In this document: positions 41,433 through 51,759 of the stretch, piece by piece
How positions within the stretch are numbered: the stretch's first letter is position 1
Layout of the letters: each line of letters opens with the position of its first letter
Position numbers and translations under genes: made by a program
Virus record (IMG/VR): IMGVR_UViG_3300025732_000034
From: an uncultured virus (IMG/VR IMGVR_UViG_3300025732_000034)
Lineage: Duplodnaviria > Heunggongvirae > Uroviricota > Caudoviricetes
Length of the DNA stretch: 64,000 bases
Direction: 5' to 3' (one strand)
Notes under the pieces: generated by a model
The model's database searches: none
Seen by the model: the letters and a program-made list of their open reading frames with translations, nothing else
What the model was told of the DNA's origin: nothing

Positions 41433-42097
41433 CGCCTTTGGTTTGCAAAGCGGTCAAGTTTGCGCCTGAACCAGAAACAGCCTTGTGGTTTGATGTTGGT
41501 CAAATGGATACAACCCCCGCAATGAAAGTTCCTGCCGAGTTCTTAATGAACTTGCCATCAAAAAGAACTGGCATTGTTGGTTTTGACACTGTAGGTAAAG
41601 ACTTTGCTCTGTGGCTTACTCAGGGCGATGGCTCTGTTACTGTTGGTGGTTGTTCAATGTGGCATGGTGGCAAATATTTCCCGCCATACGCATATATGGC
41701 AACTCCAGATGGTTTTAAGGTTTACCGCAAAGGCCAAGAAATAACCTTAGAAGACATCAAACCAGTGCACCGTATGGTGCTTGCTGTGGTGATCAAATTG
41801 GCTATGCAGTCCGAGGGTTACAGGCCAACACCACGGCGAACCTTCATCAACCAAAAGAGGCAATCCAAAGGCAAATCGGCACTGACATTCGACTGGCACA
41901 CCGTATTGGTAGAACCGCCAAAGCAAAAGAATGATTCACAGGGTGGCACTCACGCAACCCCGCGCAGGCATCAAGTGCGAGGTCATTGGCGCACCTACAA
42001 ATCTGGAAAACGAGGATGGGTAAGTGAATGCTGGAAAGGTGATGCAAGCAAAGGAACTGTTTTCAAAGACTATCAACTCAAGGAGAAGAACACATGA
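41429..42097 (+). CDS. Hypothetical protein with HxxPRRHxVRGHWR motif, copy 2 only
   Basis: 222 aa, ending in the shared LKEKNT repeat. Confidence 0.8.
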   Translation: MTPLVCKAVKFAPEPETALWFDVGQMDTTPAMKVPAEFLMNLPSKRTGIVGFDTVGKDFALWLTQGDGSVTVGGCSMWHGGKYFPPYAYMATPDGFKVYRKGQEITLEDIKPVHRMVLAVVIKLAMQSEGYRPTPRRTFINQKRQSKGKSALTFDWHTVLVEPPKQKNDSQGGTHATPRRHQVRGHWRTYKSGKRGWVSECWKGDASKGTVFKDYQLKEKNT

Positions 42098-42243
42098 CCA
42101 AAGACGAACTGCTGGCAATCCTTCGCCTGTGCAACGCTGACTCGTCAGCCATCGATGCTGTCGAGTTGGCCTACGAGTTGGGTTTCAAAGCGGGTCAAGC
42201 GGAGAAATCCGATGACCCTCAATCCATCGATTCGGGGTCGTAA
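42094..42243 (+). CDS. 49-aa conserved protein (array right anchor)
   Basis: Homologue of 4183-4332. Confidence 0.7.
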   Translation: MTKDELLAILRLCNADSSAIDAVELAYELGFKAGQAEKSDDPQSIDSGS

Positions 42244-44711
42244 CCCTTCACCAATTTGCGCTCTTTACCCTGGGCGGTGGCATAGCGGTAAATGTAGTCC
42301 GCATGCCGCTGCTTGGCCTTGATCACCTTCTCGCGGTACTCGCGGAACATGGTCGAGATGCTCGGGTTGATCGCCCAGACCACATGGTGCTTGGTCATTT
42401 TCTCCTCGATCTGCATGGCCCAGCCAGCCTTCTCAAGTGTGTACATGGCATCGAGCACCATCTGATCCTTCTGCCACTCGGTCTTGCCCTCGAGCCGCCT
42501 TCTGGCTGACCGCTTGAGGCTTCTCAGGTCCACCATCTGCGTGTCCCCGCTCACCTGGATGATGTAGTCCGTCATCCACTGATCGAACGAGTCATCAAGC
42601 ACCCCGGCCAACTCACCTAGGGCATACCGAAACGCAGGGATCACGTAACCCCGCACGATGTGGACAACTTTGTGGACAATCTCGACATCGACCTGCGGGC
42701 TGAACGGGTTCTCCATCAAGTGCATCAACAGAATCAAACGGCCTGCGGTGCCCTCAAGTTTGCCAAATGCCGTCATGTATTCGCTGGATGCGTTCAAGAG
42801 CCGCTCGTCCTGCTTGGCCCCTTCGTACCATGATTGGAAATCCCGATAGGCATGGTATGCGTCTGGGGATAACTTGTAGGTCTGGGGCGGCAGCGCATAG
42901 ATCAAGCGCAGCGTGTTTTCCCATGCCTGGGCGCTTGTCATGTACTCGGGCACAGGGTTACCCAGGCGCGTCTTGCTGCCCCGCAGGATCGCTGGTATAA
43001 ATCGCTGGAGCAGACCATCGCTTGCGAGGGAGGCCAGGTTTTGCTTAAAAACTTGTGGCTGGATGTTGCCGTAAATCGAAACGGCCAAGTTCTCGCAGTG
43101 GATCGACCCCGCGCCCACGCGGTCCATCTCATACCGCTCTGCCTCGTATGACACCACCCACGCTGATCGATCCTCGCCGCTTTGCTTGTCGGTCAGTTTG
43201 CGAATCCATGAGTTCATCTCATCAAGGTGGCACAGCAGCCCCCGTGGCCGCTCGGCAGCAGAGCGCACAAGTTTCTGGCTGGTGATGTCACTCACTGTGA
43301 TCTTGAGCGGCACAGGCTGCGGTGGCATCTCGGGCACGGCTGGCGGCTGGCCCCCAAGCAAGGCATCGGGTGAAGCTGAGAACTCGAGGAACGACTTTTT
43401 GGCACTGGCGTATGCGGCCTCCTTGCCCTCCCAGTCCAGCAGTTCCTTCTGGTATCGTGGCCGGTCTTCGGACTCGATGTCCTTGAGCGGCGACAGCATG
43501 GGGCGCGATCCGGGTGACTTCTTGTCCGCTGGGTCACCGAGGGTCATCAACCAGAGCACCGGCGGCACTCTGAACCCTGGCATCAACTCAAGCCGGATGC
43601 GGGCATCAACCACCCCGCAGACAGCGCTCAACCCAGCGAACAAAGGGACCAAAGGGTCGCACCCAACGCTGTCGGATATCTCCAGCGCCCGTGTTTGCAA
43701 AACCGAGGGCCAAAGCCCCATGTCCATCTCAGGTGGCGGTGGCCGCAGCCCTTGCAGCACATCGACCGGGGCCATCGGTGGGGCTTCCACCTTGCTGAAC
43801 AACTCGTGCGCGTCAGGCGTGGGGCGCTGCCACCCGTGTTGCTTGGCGATGTGAAAGAGTGTCCCCAACTTGACAGCGGTGGCTTTGTCCGGCTTGAAGC
43901 TGACCCACTGCGTCACGATGCCGCGCTCACCAGGGTACTTGGCCGCAGACTGCGCGGACCACTCGTTCCACAGTTGCAGGGCTGCGTCAAGCTGCTCGGT
44001 CTGGGTGCCAGCCCAGTGCAGAGCCATCCCGACGTTGATCCACTCCTCGCGGGCGCAGTCAGCAGGGATCGCCTCGAGTGCCTGCCTGATCTCCTCCCAG
44101 GATGCGTCAACCTGCTCACCGGTAGCGATGGTGCGCTCTTTGTCCTGCGCCAGCAGTTCTTGCCAGATGTCCAGCAGTTGCTGGGGGATCACTGGCAGGC
44201 GCATCCAGTGACCGTCACCGGCCCAGTGATAGGGCTGCTTGGTGTCTGGGTGAATGCTCGGGGGCAAGACATCCTGCACCGTCAACCCGTTGGCCGTGGC
44301 GCAGCGCAACTCGTAGGCTGTCACGCCGCCAACCAGAATCTTTTTGCTCGGCAGCGCGAGGCCAAAGGGCATCGAGTACAGTAACTTGCCGTGCCCAGGG
44401 CGACCACTGTTGATGATCACAGCATCGGGTGCATCGTAGAGCGCTTGCAGGTCGATCCCCTGCGCCAGCGTAGCGTCCCAGTTGTCGATGTCAAAGGCCA
44501 TCGTGCCGCTGTACGCATGGGCCAGCCCGATGCCGTAGCCTGGGGGCAGTTGGGTCTGGTCTTTCAGGCACCGCTCACGCTTGTTCCAGCCCACCGCAGC
44601 CGCGCCTGTCGGACCCTTCGTGCCTGGGGGGATTGGCACAAGGCTCCAGCCGTGTCGGATGTACGCATCAACAGATGCGGGATGTTGTTGCACTGAGGGG
44701 ACTGCTGTCAT
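42219..44711 (-). CDS. Prim-Pol/PriCT-2/DUF3987 primase-helicase
   Basis: Near-identical to 4308-6800. Confidence 0.85.
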   Translation of the reverse strand: MTAVPSVQQHPASVDAYIRHGWSLVPIPPGTKGPTGAAAVGWNKRERCLKDQTQLPPGYGIGLAHAYSGTMAFDIDNWDATLAQGIDLQALYDAPDAVIINSGRPGHGKLLYSMPFGLALPSKKILVGGVTAYELRCATANGLTVQDVLPPSIHPDTKQPYHWAGDGHWMRLPVIPQQLLDIWQELLAQDKERTIATGEQVDASWEEIRQALEAIPADCAREEWINVGMALHWAGTQTEQLDAALQLWNEWSAQSAAKYPGERGIVTQWVSFKPDKATAVKLGTLFHIAKQHGWQRPTPDAHELFSKVEAPPMAPVDVLQGLRPPPPEMDMGLWPSVLQTRALEISDSVGCDPLVPLFAGLSAVCGVVDARIRLELMPGFRVPPVLWLMTLGDPADKKSPGSRPMLSPLKDIESEDRPRYQKELLDWEGKEAAYASAKKSFLEFSASPDALLGGQPPAVPEMPPQPVPLKITVSDITSQKLVRSAAERPRGLLCHLDEMNSWIRKLTDKQSGEDRSAWVVSYEAERYEMDRVGAGSIHCENLAVSIYGNIQPQVFKQNLASLASDGLLQRFIPAILRGSKTRLGNPVPEYMTSAQAWENTLRLIYALPPQTYKLSPDAYHAYRDFQSWYEGAKQDERLLNASSEYMTAFGKLEGTAGRLILLMHLMENPFSPQVDVEIVHKVVHIVRGYVIPAFRYALGELAGVLDDSFDQWMTDYIIQVSGDTQMVDLRSLKRSARRRLEGKTEWQKDQMVLDAMYTLEKAGWAMQIEEKMTKHHVVWAINPSISTMFREYREKVIKAKQRHADYIYRYATAQGKERKLVKGYDPESMD

Positions 44712-44902
44712 ACACTAGCCTCGTTGGTGATTGCAGTTGCCAACAGTCTCCTCATAGTGACCCCTTTACCGCCTCGGCTGACCCCCGAGGCGTTTCTTTT
44801 TCCGCTTGTCATTTCGACGCTCCAAAAATATTTTCGCTTGACCTGTTGCACATCGTACAGCATCTGTGATACGATTGCAACATCAAACGGAGATTTTTTC
44901 AA

Positions 44903-45106
44903 ATGCCCGCACTTAAATCATTCGACACGCACATGACTCTACGAGTCACAAACCGTGTCCGTACCGCGTTCAATCGCAAGGCAGAGCGATACGGGAAACC
45001 GTCCGATGTCTTGCGTGAACTCATCGAGGCTTTTCTTGATGATCGACTTGTAATCCAACCCAACCCCCGTAAGGAGTCACTGTATGTCCCTCGAATCCAA
45101 GATTGA
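44903..45106 (+). CDS. RHH DNA-binding protein
   Basis: Identical to 6991-7194. Confidence 0.7.
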   Translation: MPALKSFDTHMTLRVTNRVRTAFNRKAERYGKPSDVLRELIEAFLDDRLVIQPNPRKESLYVPRIQD

Positions 45107-45485
45107 AGCCCTCACCGCCGCCGTCATTGCCTTGACCGCGAAACTGGAATCTACGAATGTAGCGCCAGCCGCGCCTGTGGTAAACCCTACCCCCGCACCC
45201 GTGGCTGCACCGGCACCCGCTCCAGCCCCTGCACCGGTGGCTGCTGCCATGCCCGCGCCTCCCACGTTTCAACCCGCCCCCGCCGCGCCTGCCGCCACTG
45301 GTGCTCCGTTCAGCGATCCGAAGGGGCTGATCGACTACGTGATGAGCGCATACAAGGCGCTTGGCCCGCAGAAGGGTGCCGAGATTCAGAAGGTCTTGAC
45401 CGGCTTGGGCTACGGCAATATCAACGATGTCAAGCCTGAGCACTACGGCGCTTTGCATGCTGGCGTTGAAGCGCTGAAGGGTTAA
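45084..45485 (+). CDS. Pro/Ala-linker protein
   Basis: Identical to 7172-7573. Confidence 0.75.
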   Translation: MSLESKIEALTAAVIALTAKLESTNVAPAAPVVNPTPAPVAAPAPAPAPAPVAAAMPAPPTFQPAPAAPAATGAPFSDPKGLIDYVMSAYKALGPQKGAEIQKVLTGLGYGNINDVKPEHYGALHAGVEALKG

Positions 45486-45487
45486 CC

Positions 45488-46786
45488 ATGAGCACCCACG
45501 CTAACCTGTCCCCGAGCAAGCGCCACCGCTGGGCGCTGTGTCCGGGCAGCGTTCGTGAGGAAGCCAAGTACCCAGAGGAGCGCACCAGCGAAGCCGCGAT
45601 TGACGGCACCCATAGTCACACACTGCTTGAGCACTGTCTGAGCGAGGGCGTTGAGCCTGAGACAATGATCGGTCAAGTCCTGAGTGATGACGATGGGGCT
45701 TTCAAGGTGGACGCTGACCGCGCTGCTAGGGTCAAGGTCGCCACGGACTATGTGAAACACCGCATCGCGGAGCAGTTCGGCATGTGCGAGGTCATCGCGG
45801 AAACGCGAGTCAACCCTCAGCACCTGCTTGGCCGTGACGACATGAGCGGCACAGTGGACATCCAGATTCGCGGCACTGAAGTGCTCGAACTGGTGGACTA
45901 CAAAGACGGCATGGGTGTGGTGGAGGCCGAGGGCAACTACCAACTCGAACTGTACGCGATGGGCTGCTTGGCTGAGTTGAAGCTGCCCGTCAACGGCCAG
46001 TACCCGTGGAAGCGGGTCCGCATGACCATCATCCAGCCCAAGCTGGCGCTGAAGGGCATGAAGCCAATCACATCGCATGAGGTGCCGGTTCAGGCAATTC
46101 TTGATATGATTGGCAAGATGGTCATCGAAGGCGCTGCCTGCGATGCACCGGACGCACCACTGGTGCCGGGTGACAGTCAATGTAAATTTTGCCGCGCTAA
46201 AGGCTCCTGCGCCGCGCTGGCAAGTAACGTAATGAAGGAGGTAGGAATCATGTTCCAGCCAGCAGTAATGAACCCGATGGATGTCGCGCAGCAAAGCGCT
46301 GACAAAGACCCCACGACAATGGACGATGCCCAGATCAGACAGATCATGGAGGCGGCTCCGCTCATGCGCCAGCTACTCGAGGGCGTGGAGAAGGAAGCCC
46401 TGCGCCGTCTGGAGGCCGGTCAATCAATCCCTGGACTCAAGTTGGTCAACGGTCGCGGCTCACGCGCCTGGGCGCTGCCCGAGGAGCAGATGGCCGAGAA
46501 GCTGGTCAAGATGGGCATCCCCAAGACCGCAGTCTACGAAACCAAACTCGTCACCCCCGCCAAGGCTGAGAAGCTGACCTGGGAGAAGCGTGACGGAACC
46601 AAGATGCAACTGTCCGACCGCCAACTCAAGACGATGGAAAACGAGTACGTCGTCAAGATGGCTGGCAAGCTGACTGTTGTCCCTGAATCCGATGGCCGTC
46701 CCGCTGTCGTACTGAATGCTGCGCCGATGTTCGGTGCAGTTGAAGCAGCACCCGCTGCCGAATCCCTGCCCTCGTGGCTAACCTAA
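45488..46786 (+). CDS. DUF2800-like nuclease
   Basis: Identical to 7576-8874. Confidence 0.85.
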   Translation: MSTHANLSPSKRHRWALCPGSVREEAKYPEERTSEAAIDGTHSHTLLEHCLSEGVEPETMIGQVLSDDDGAFKVDADRAARVKVATDYVKHRIAEQFGMCEVIAETRVNPQHLLGRDDMSGTVDIQIRGTEVLELVDYKDGMGVVEAEGNYQLELYAMGCLAELKLPVNGQYPWKRVRMTIIQPKLALKGMKPITSHEVPVQAILDMIGKMVIEGAACDAPDAPLVPGDSQCKFCRAKGSCAALASNVMKEVGIMFQPAVMNPMDVAQQSADKDPTTMDDAQIRQIMEAAPLMRQLLEGVEKEALRRLEAGQSIPGLKLVNGRGSRAWALPEEQMAEKLVKMGIPKTAVYETKLVTPAKAEKLTWEKRDGTKMQLSDRQLKTMENEYVVKMAGKLTVVPESDGRPAVVLNAAPMFGAVEAAPAAESLPSWLT

Positions 46787-46801
46787 ACTGGAGTAACTGT
46801 A

Positions 46802-47461
46802 ATGTCCGATATCATTTTTCTGTCAAACGTCCGTCTGTCTTTCCCGCACCTTGCGGAACCACAGCGTCAAATCAACGAGGCCACTGGTAAGGAGCGCGTC
46901 AGCTACAACTGCGAGTTCATCATGCCCCAGGAGCATCCTGGCTTCACGCAGTTCATGCAAAAGTACGGTGCGTTGGCGCTTGAGAAGTGGAAAGAACACG
47001 CCCAGACTGTCATGGGCATGATCCAAGGCGACCGCAAGACTCGCTGCTACGGTCGTGGTGAGGAGAAGGTTAACAAGAAAACCTTCCAGCCTTACGACGG
47101 CTACGCTGGTCATGTGTTCATCACCGCTGGCCGCGACTCGCAGCCCCAGGTGATTCAAGCTGATGGTCAACCCATCGACCCGACCAACACAATGGCTTAC
47201 CAGCAACTGACACGCAAGATGTACGGCGGTTGCCGCGTCAACGCAGCCGTTAAGCCCTGGCTGCAAGACAACAAGCATGGCCGTGGTATCCGCTGCGACC
47301 TGATTGCCATTCAGTTCGCTGCTGACGACAAAGCGTTTGGCGAGGGCGCAGTCGATGCGTCGGGCATGTTCGGTACTGTGGCTGCACCTGCTGGCATGTT
47401 TGCACCCGCTGCCGCCCCTGCGCCAGCGATGCCCCTGCCCCCGTTTATGATGGGTCAGTGA
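46802..47461 (+). CDS. DUF2815-like SSB
   Basis: Near-identical to 8890-9546, with a different tail. Confidence 0.8.
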   Translation: MSDIIFLSNVRLSFPHLAEPQRQINEATGKERVSYNCEFIMPQEHPGFTQFMQKYGALALEKWKEHAQTVMGMIQGDRKTRCYGRGEEKVNKKTFQPYDGYAGHVFITAGRDSQPQVIQADGQPIDPTNTMAYQQLTRKMYGGCRVNAAVKPWLQDNKHGRGIRCDLIAIQFAADDKAFGEGAVDASGMFGTVAAPAGMFAPAAAPAPAMPLPPFMMGQ

Positions 47462-47467
47462 TCCTAT

Positions 47468-47557
47468 TGGGGCGGTTAAACCAGCACTCGAGGATGGTGA
47501 CCCACGGAATTTTCTGGTTTTCTTCCGTGGTTCATTGAAGCCCAAATCGACGCCCCA
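47468..47557 (+). ncRNA. Candidate structured RNA or leader upstream of DNA polymerase, copy 2
   Basis: Outer stem TGGGGCG/CGCCCCA and inner stem CCACGGAA/TTCCGTGG. Confidence 0.4.
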
Positions 47558-47575
47558 CCCTACTGAGTAACTGTA

Positions 47576-49447
47576 ATGAGTAACGACTATGTGTATGACA
47601 TCGAAACCTATCCCAACGTCTTCACGCTGGCGGTGGAGCATGCAGAAGCACCGCTGCGCTGGTTATTCGAGATCAGCGACTGGCGCAACGACTCACGCGA
47701 GATCATCGCGTTTCTTCAGTATCTCAAGGATACAAACGCCCGCATGGTCGGGTTCAACAACCTGGGGTTTGACTACCCCGTCCTGCACACCCTGATCCGC
47801 ATGGGCCGCTCAGACGCGGCCACGCTGTATCAAAAGGCCCAGGCCATCATCAACTCGCAAGATGAGGGTGAAGGCAAGTGGGCGCACCAGGTCAACCCAT
47901 CAGATCGCTTTGTGCCGCAGATCGATCTGTTCAAGATTCACCACTTCGACAACAAGGCCCGCGCCACGAGTCTGAAGGTATTGGAGTTCAACATGCGTAG
48001 CGACAACATCGAAGACCTGCCGTTTAAGGTGGGTACCACGCTGACGCAGGCCCAGGTGCCCGTGCTCACGAAGTACAACCAGCACGATGTGGCTCAGACC
48101 AAAGCGTTTTACAAGCACACGTTTGACATGCTCAAGTTCCGCGAGGAGTTGACGCACAAGTACAACCGCGACTTTATCAACCACAACGACACGAAGATCG
48201 GCAAGGATTACTTCGTGATGAAACTGGAGGAGGCTGGGGTTGCCTGCTACGACTACGGCGACAAGGGGCGCACACCCCGGCAGACCAAGCGCCCCACCAT
48301 CGCGCTCAAGGACGCCATCCTGCCGTGGATCGCGTTTGAGCAGCCCGAGTTCAACCGGGTGCTCAACTGGCTCAAGGGTCAGATCATCACCGAGACAAAG
48401 GGCGTCTTTACGGACCTCATCGCTCGGGTCAACAACTTTGATTTTGTATTTGGATTAGGTGGTATTCATGGATCAGTGGAGTCAGAAGTTATTGAGTCAG
48501 ACGATGAGTTCGTCATCGTGGACCTCGATGTCACTTCGTACTATCCAAACCTGGCAATCACGAATGGGTTCTACCCGGCCCATCTCGGCAAGACCTTCGT
48601 CACCATCTACAAGCACCTCTTTGAGCAGCGCAAGCAGTACCCCAAGAAGTCCGCAGAATCAGCCATGCTGAAGCTGGCGCTCAACGGCGTGTACGGTGAC
48701 AGCAATAACCAGTTCAGCGTGTTCTACGACCCGCTGTTCACCATGAGCATCACGCTCAACGGGCAACTGCTGCTGTGCCTGCTGTCCGAGGGGCTGATGC
48801 ACATCCCCGGCCTGCGCTTGATCCAGGTGAACACTGACGGCCTGACCGTGCGGGTGCCCAGGGCAAACAAGTGGCTGGTGGACATGGCCCGCGCAGCGTG
48901 GCAGACACGCACTGGGTTAAATCTCGAGGAGGCGATCTACCAGCGCATGTTCATCCGTGACGTGAACAATTACATTGGCGTGTTTGATCCGGCGTTTGTA
49001 AAGCCCGGTGATCCAACAGTTAAGCGCAAGGGGGCTTATGAATGGAAAACCGGATGGCATCAGAACGCTGGTGGCCTCGTGATCCCCAAGGTGGCCGAGA
49101 AGGTGCTGGTCGAGGGTGCACCCATTCGGCAGACCGTGGAGCAGTGGCCCGACATCATGGACTTCATGCTTCGCACCAAGGTGCCTAGGAGCAGCTACCT
49201 TGGCCTGGAGCACGATGGCGTGACCACGCAGTTGCAGAACATCACGCGCTACTACATCGCCGTGGGCGGTGGTCGACTGTTCAAGTGGATGCCGCCCCTC
49301 AAGGGCAAAGCCGAGTGGCGCAAGATCGGTGTCGAAAGCGGCTGGGGTGTCCAGCCTTGCAACGACATCAAGGATGCTGGCAAGTTGCCGGTGGACTTTG
49401 AATACTACGTGAGGGAGGTGGAGAAACTCTGCCTCGGGTTGGCATGA
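47576..49447 (+). CDS. Family B DNA polymerase
   Basis: Same motifs as copy 1, with a 7-aa longer loop before KRKG. Confidence 0.9.
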   Translation: MSNDYVYDIETYPNVFTLAVEHAEAPLRWLFEISDWRNDSREIIAFLQYLKDTNARMVGFNNLGFDYPVLHTLIRMGRSDAATLYQKAQAIINSQDEGEGKWAHQVNPSDRFVPQIDLFKIHHFDNKARATSLKVLEFNMRSDNIEDLPFKVGTTLTQAQVPVLTKYNQHDVAQTKAFYKHTFDMLKFREELTHKYNRDFINHNDTKIGKDYFVMKLEEAGVACYDYGDKGRTPRQTKRPTIALKDAILPWIAFEQPEFNRVLNWLKGQIITETKGVFTDLIARVNNFDFVFGLGGIHGSVESEVIESDDEFVIVDLDVTSYYPNLAITNGFYPAHLGKTFVTIYKHLFEQRKQYPKKSAESAMLKLALNGVYGDSNNQFSVFYDPLFTMSITLNGQLLLCLLSEGLMHIPGLRLIQVNTDGLTVRVPRANKWLVDMARAAWQTRTGLNLEEAIYQRMFIRDVNNYIGVFDPAFVKPGDPTVKRKGAYEWKTGWHQNAGGLVIPKVAEKVLVEGAPIRQTVEQWPDIMDFMLRTKVPRSSYLGLEHDGVTTQLQNITRYYIAVGGGRLFKWMPPLKGKAEWRKIGVESGWGVQPCNDIKDAGKLPVDFEYYVREVEKLCLGLA

Positions 49448-49614
49448 ATCGGTTTGAAGCCTGGGAACGTGACAACCTTGCGCGGTTCTCGCAAGACTGT
49501 TACCAGAAGATGAAGGACCAAGAAAAAGAGATCGAGGCGCTGCGCGAAGACCTTCGCACGGTGCTTGACGCATACAGAAGACTGGTGGTGGATCATGCTC
49601 GAAAAACAGATTGA
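49444..49614 (+). CDS. 56-aa coiled-coil protein
   Basis: Homologue of 11,732-11,902. Confidence 0.7.
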   Translation: MNRFEAWERDNLARFSQDCYQKMKDQEKEIEALREDLRTVLDAYRRLVVDHARKTD

Positions 49615-49891
49615 AGCCAAAGTTTGCGATTACGCCAAAGAACTCGGGGTGCTGGTTTACAAGTTCACCAGCCCCAATCGCATGGCAGTACCCGACCGCA
49701 TGTTCATCTACAAAGGGCGCATGTTCTTCATCGAGTTCAAGCGCAAGGGGCAAAAGCCCACGGCTGCACAGGATCGTGAGCATCAAAGACTGCGCCAGCA
49801 CTTGATCAGCGTGTTCGTGGTCGACAGCGTGGAGGATGGCAAGTCAACCATCAACACGATGCTGCAACTCATTGAGGCCCGCCTATGCTGA
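49595..49891 (+). CDS. VRR-NUC nuclease
   Basis: Near-identical to 11,883-12,179. Confidence 0.9.
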   Translation: MLEKQIEAKVCDYAKELGVLVYKFTSPNRMAVPDRMFIYKGRMFFIEFKRKGQKPTAAQDREHQRLRQHLISVFVVDSVEDGKSTINTMLQLIEARLC

Positions 49892-51291
49892 CGCCTGACT
49901 TACTCCACGGCTACCAGCAAAAGGCTGTCAACTTCCAGTGCACTCACCCAGCCTCGATGCTGTGGCTGGACATGGGCCTGGGCAAGACGGTCATCACGCT
50001 CACCAGCCTCGCGCATCTGCTTCGCACGGGCTTCCTGCGTGGCGTGATCATCGTGGCTCCGATCCGCGTCATCCGGCTGGTCTGGAGGCAGGAGGCGACG
50101 AAGTGGGAACACACCAAGCACCTGAAGTTCAGCATGGTCACGGGCACCAAGGATCAGCGCACTAGGGCGCTGTTGCGGCCTGCTGACGTTTACCTGATCA
50201 ACTACGAGAACCTCGGCTGGCTTGCTGAAACCTTACAGACCTACTTCGTCAAGAAGGAGCGCCCGCTGCCGTTCAACGGCATCATTTGGGACGAGATCAG
50301 CAAGATGAAAAACTCCGCGACCAATCGGGTCAAGGCGTTTCGCAAGATCGCTGACAAGTTCGACTGGACCACGGGCCTCACTGGGACACCGGCCAGCAAT
50401 GGCTACAAAGACCTACACGGTCAGTTTCTGGTGGTGGACAGGGGTGAGCGCCTGGGCACCAGCAAGACGGCTTTCAGGACGCGGTTTTACAAGAAGGTGG
50501 GGCCGTACAAAGAGGTGCCCTATGAGGACACCGAGGACACCATCAAGAAGCTGATCGGCGACATCACACTCGAGATGTCAGCCGAGGACTACAACCCGCT
50601 GCCCGACCTCATGGTCAACAACATCGAGATCGAGATGCCCGACGACCTGCGGGCCAAGTACGAGAAACTGGAGCGCGAGTTCTTCCTGGTGCTCGACAGC
50701 GGGAAAGAGGTCGAGGCGTTCAACCAGGCGGCGCTGACCAACAAGTGCTTGCAGTTCTCCAACGGGGCCATGTACCCTATCGCTGGCATGCCGCTATGGG
50801 AGCCGGTGCATGACTTGAAACTCGAGGCGCTCGAGGAGATTCTGGACGAAGCGCAGGGCAGTCCGGTGCTGTGTGCGTATGCGTACAGATCGGACGCGCA
50901 GCGCATCATGGACAAGTTCAAACACCTGGACCCAATCAATCTGACCGAGTGCAAGAGCGAAGCGTCATTGACCAACGCCATGCACCGGTGGAAGACTGGC
51001 GACTGTTCGCTGATGATCGGCCACCCAGCATCGATGGGTCACGGGATTGACGGCCTGCAAAAGAACGGCCACATCCTCGTCTGGTACGGCCTTAACTGGA
51101 GCCTGGACCTGTACGAGCAGTTCAACGCCCGAGTGCGTCGCCAGGGTCAAGGTGTGCCTGTGATCTGCCATCGCATCCTCATGCAAGCCACACTGGACCA
51201 GGCGCAGGCAATGGCGCTTGACGAGAAGGCAACCACGCAGGCGGGGCTTCGCAACGCAGTCAAACAATACCGCTTGACAAAGAACGCATGA
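49885..51291 (+). CDS. SNF2-family helicase
   Basis: Near-identical to copy 1. Confidence 0.9.
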   Translation: MLTPDLLHGYQQKAVNFQCTHPASMLWLDMGLGKTVITLTSLAHLLRTGFLRGVIIVAPIRVIRLVWRQEATKWEHTKHLKFSMVTGTKDQRTRALLRPADVYLINYENLGWLAETLQTYFVKKERPLPFNGIIWDEISKMKNSATNRVKAFRKIADKFDWTTGLTGTPASNGYKDLHGQFLVVDRGERLGTSKTAFRTRFYKKVGPYKEVPYEDTEDTIKKLIGDITLEMSAEDYNPLPDLMVNNIEIEMPDDLRAKYEKLEREFFLVLDSGKEVEAFNQAALTNKCLQFSNGAMYPIAGMPLWEPVHDLKLEALEEILDEAQGSPVLCAYAYRSDAQRIMDKFKHLDPINLTECKSEASLTNAMHRWKTGDCSLMIGHPASMGHGIDGLQKNGHILVWYGLNWSLDLYEQFNARVRRQGQGVPVICHRILMQATLDQAQAMALDEKATTQAGLRNAVKQYRLTKNA

Positions 51292-51333
51292 CTTGTGGTA
51301 CGATGTGTCACACCAACCAAAGGAGTAAATGTA

Positions 51334-51540
51334 ATGATCCGTGAATCAATCGAATATGTGAAGTCACTGTACAAGGTGCCCAGTGCCGAGGCGCTGGCGC
51401 TGCGTGAACTTGAGGAAACCAAACGCAAGCTACTCGAGGCGCAGTCAGGCCGCGAATACGCAGCATCGATGTGCAACTACTACGAGGCCAAGATCAAGCG
51501 CTTGACCACATACCTGCACAACGCAACGGAGGTAAAATGA
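51334..51540 (+). CDS. Hypothetical protein
   Basis: Homologue of 13,864-14,070. Confidence 0.75.
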   Translation: MIRESIEYVKSLYKVPSAEALALRELEETKRKLLEAQSGREYAASMCNYYEAKIKRLTTYLHNATEVK

Positions 51541-51728
51541 AATGCCCCGTATGCGGAACCTGGACAGTGGTGCTGGAGACTCGGAACGGTCGCCGACGCA
51601 GGGAGTGTGCGAACCTTCACCGGTTTGTTACCCTCGAAAGCGTCGTGAAGATTGGCCCTTCCGACTCTACGAAGAAGACGGAAAAATGTACCAAAACGTC
51701 GCACCTCGGCGACGTAAAACTGATCTAG
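51537..51728 (+). CDS. NrdR-N-like zinc-ribbon protein
   Basis: Homologue of 14,067-14,258. Confidence 0.7.
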   Translation: MKCPVCGTWTVVLETRNGRRRRECANLHRFVTLESVVKIGPSDSTKKTEKCTKTSHLGDVKLI

Positions 51729-51759
51729 ACGATGTGGAGGATGCGCTGTGGTGAGCGCA

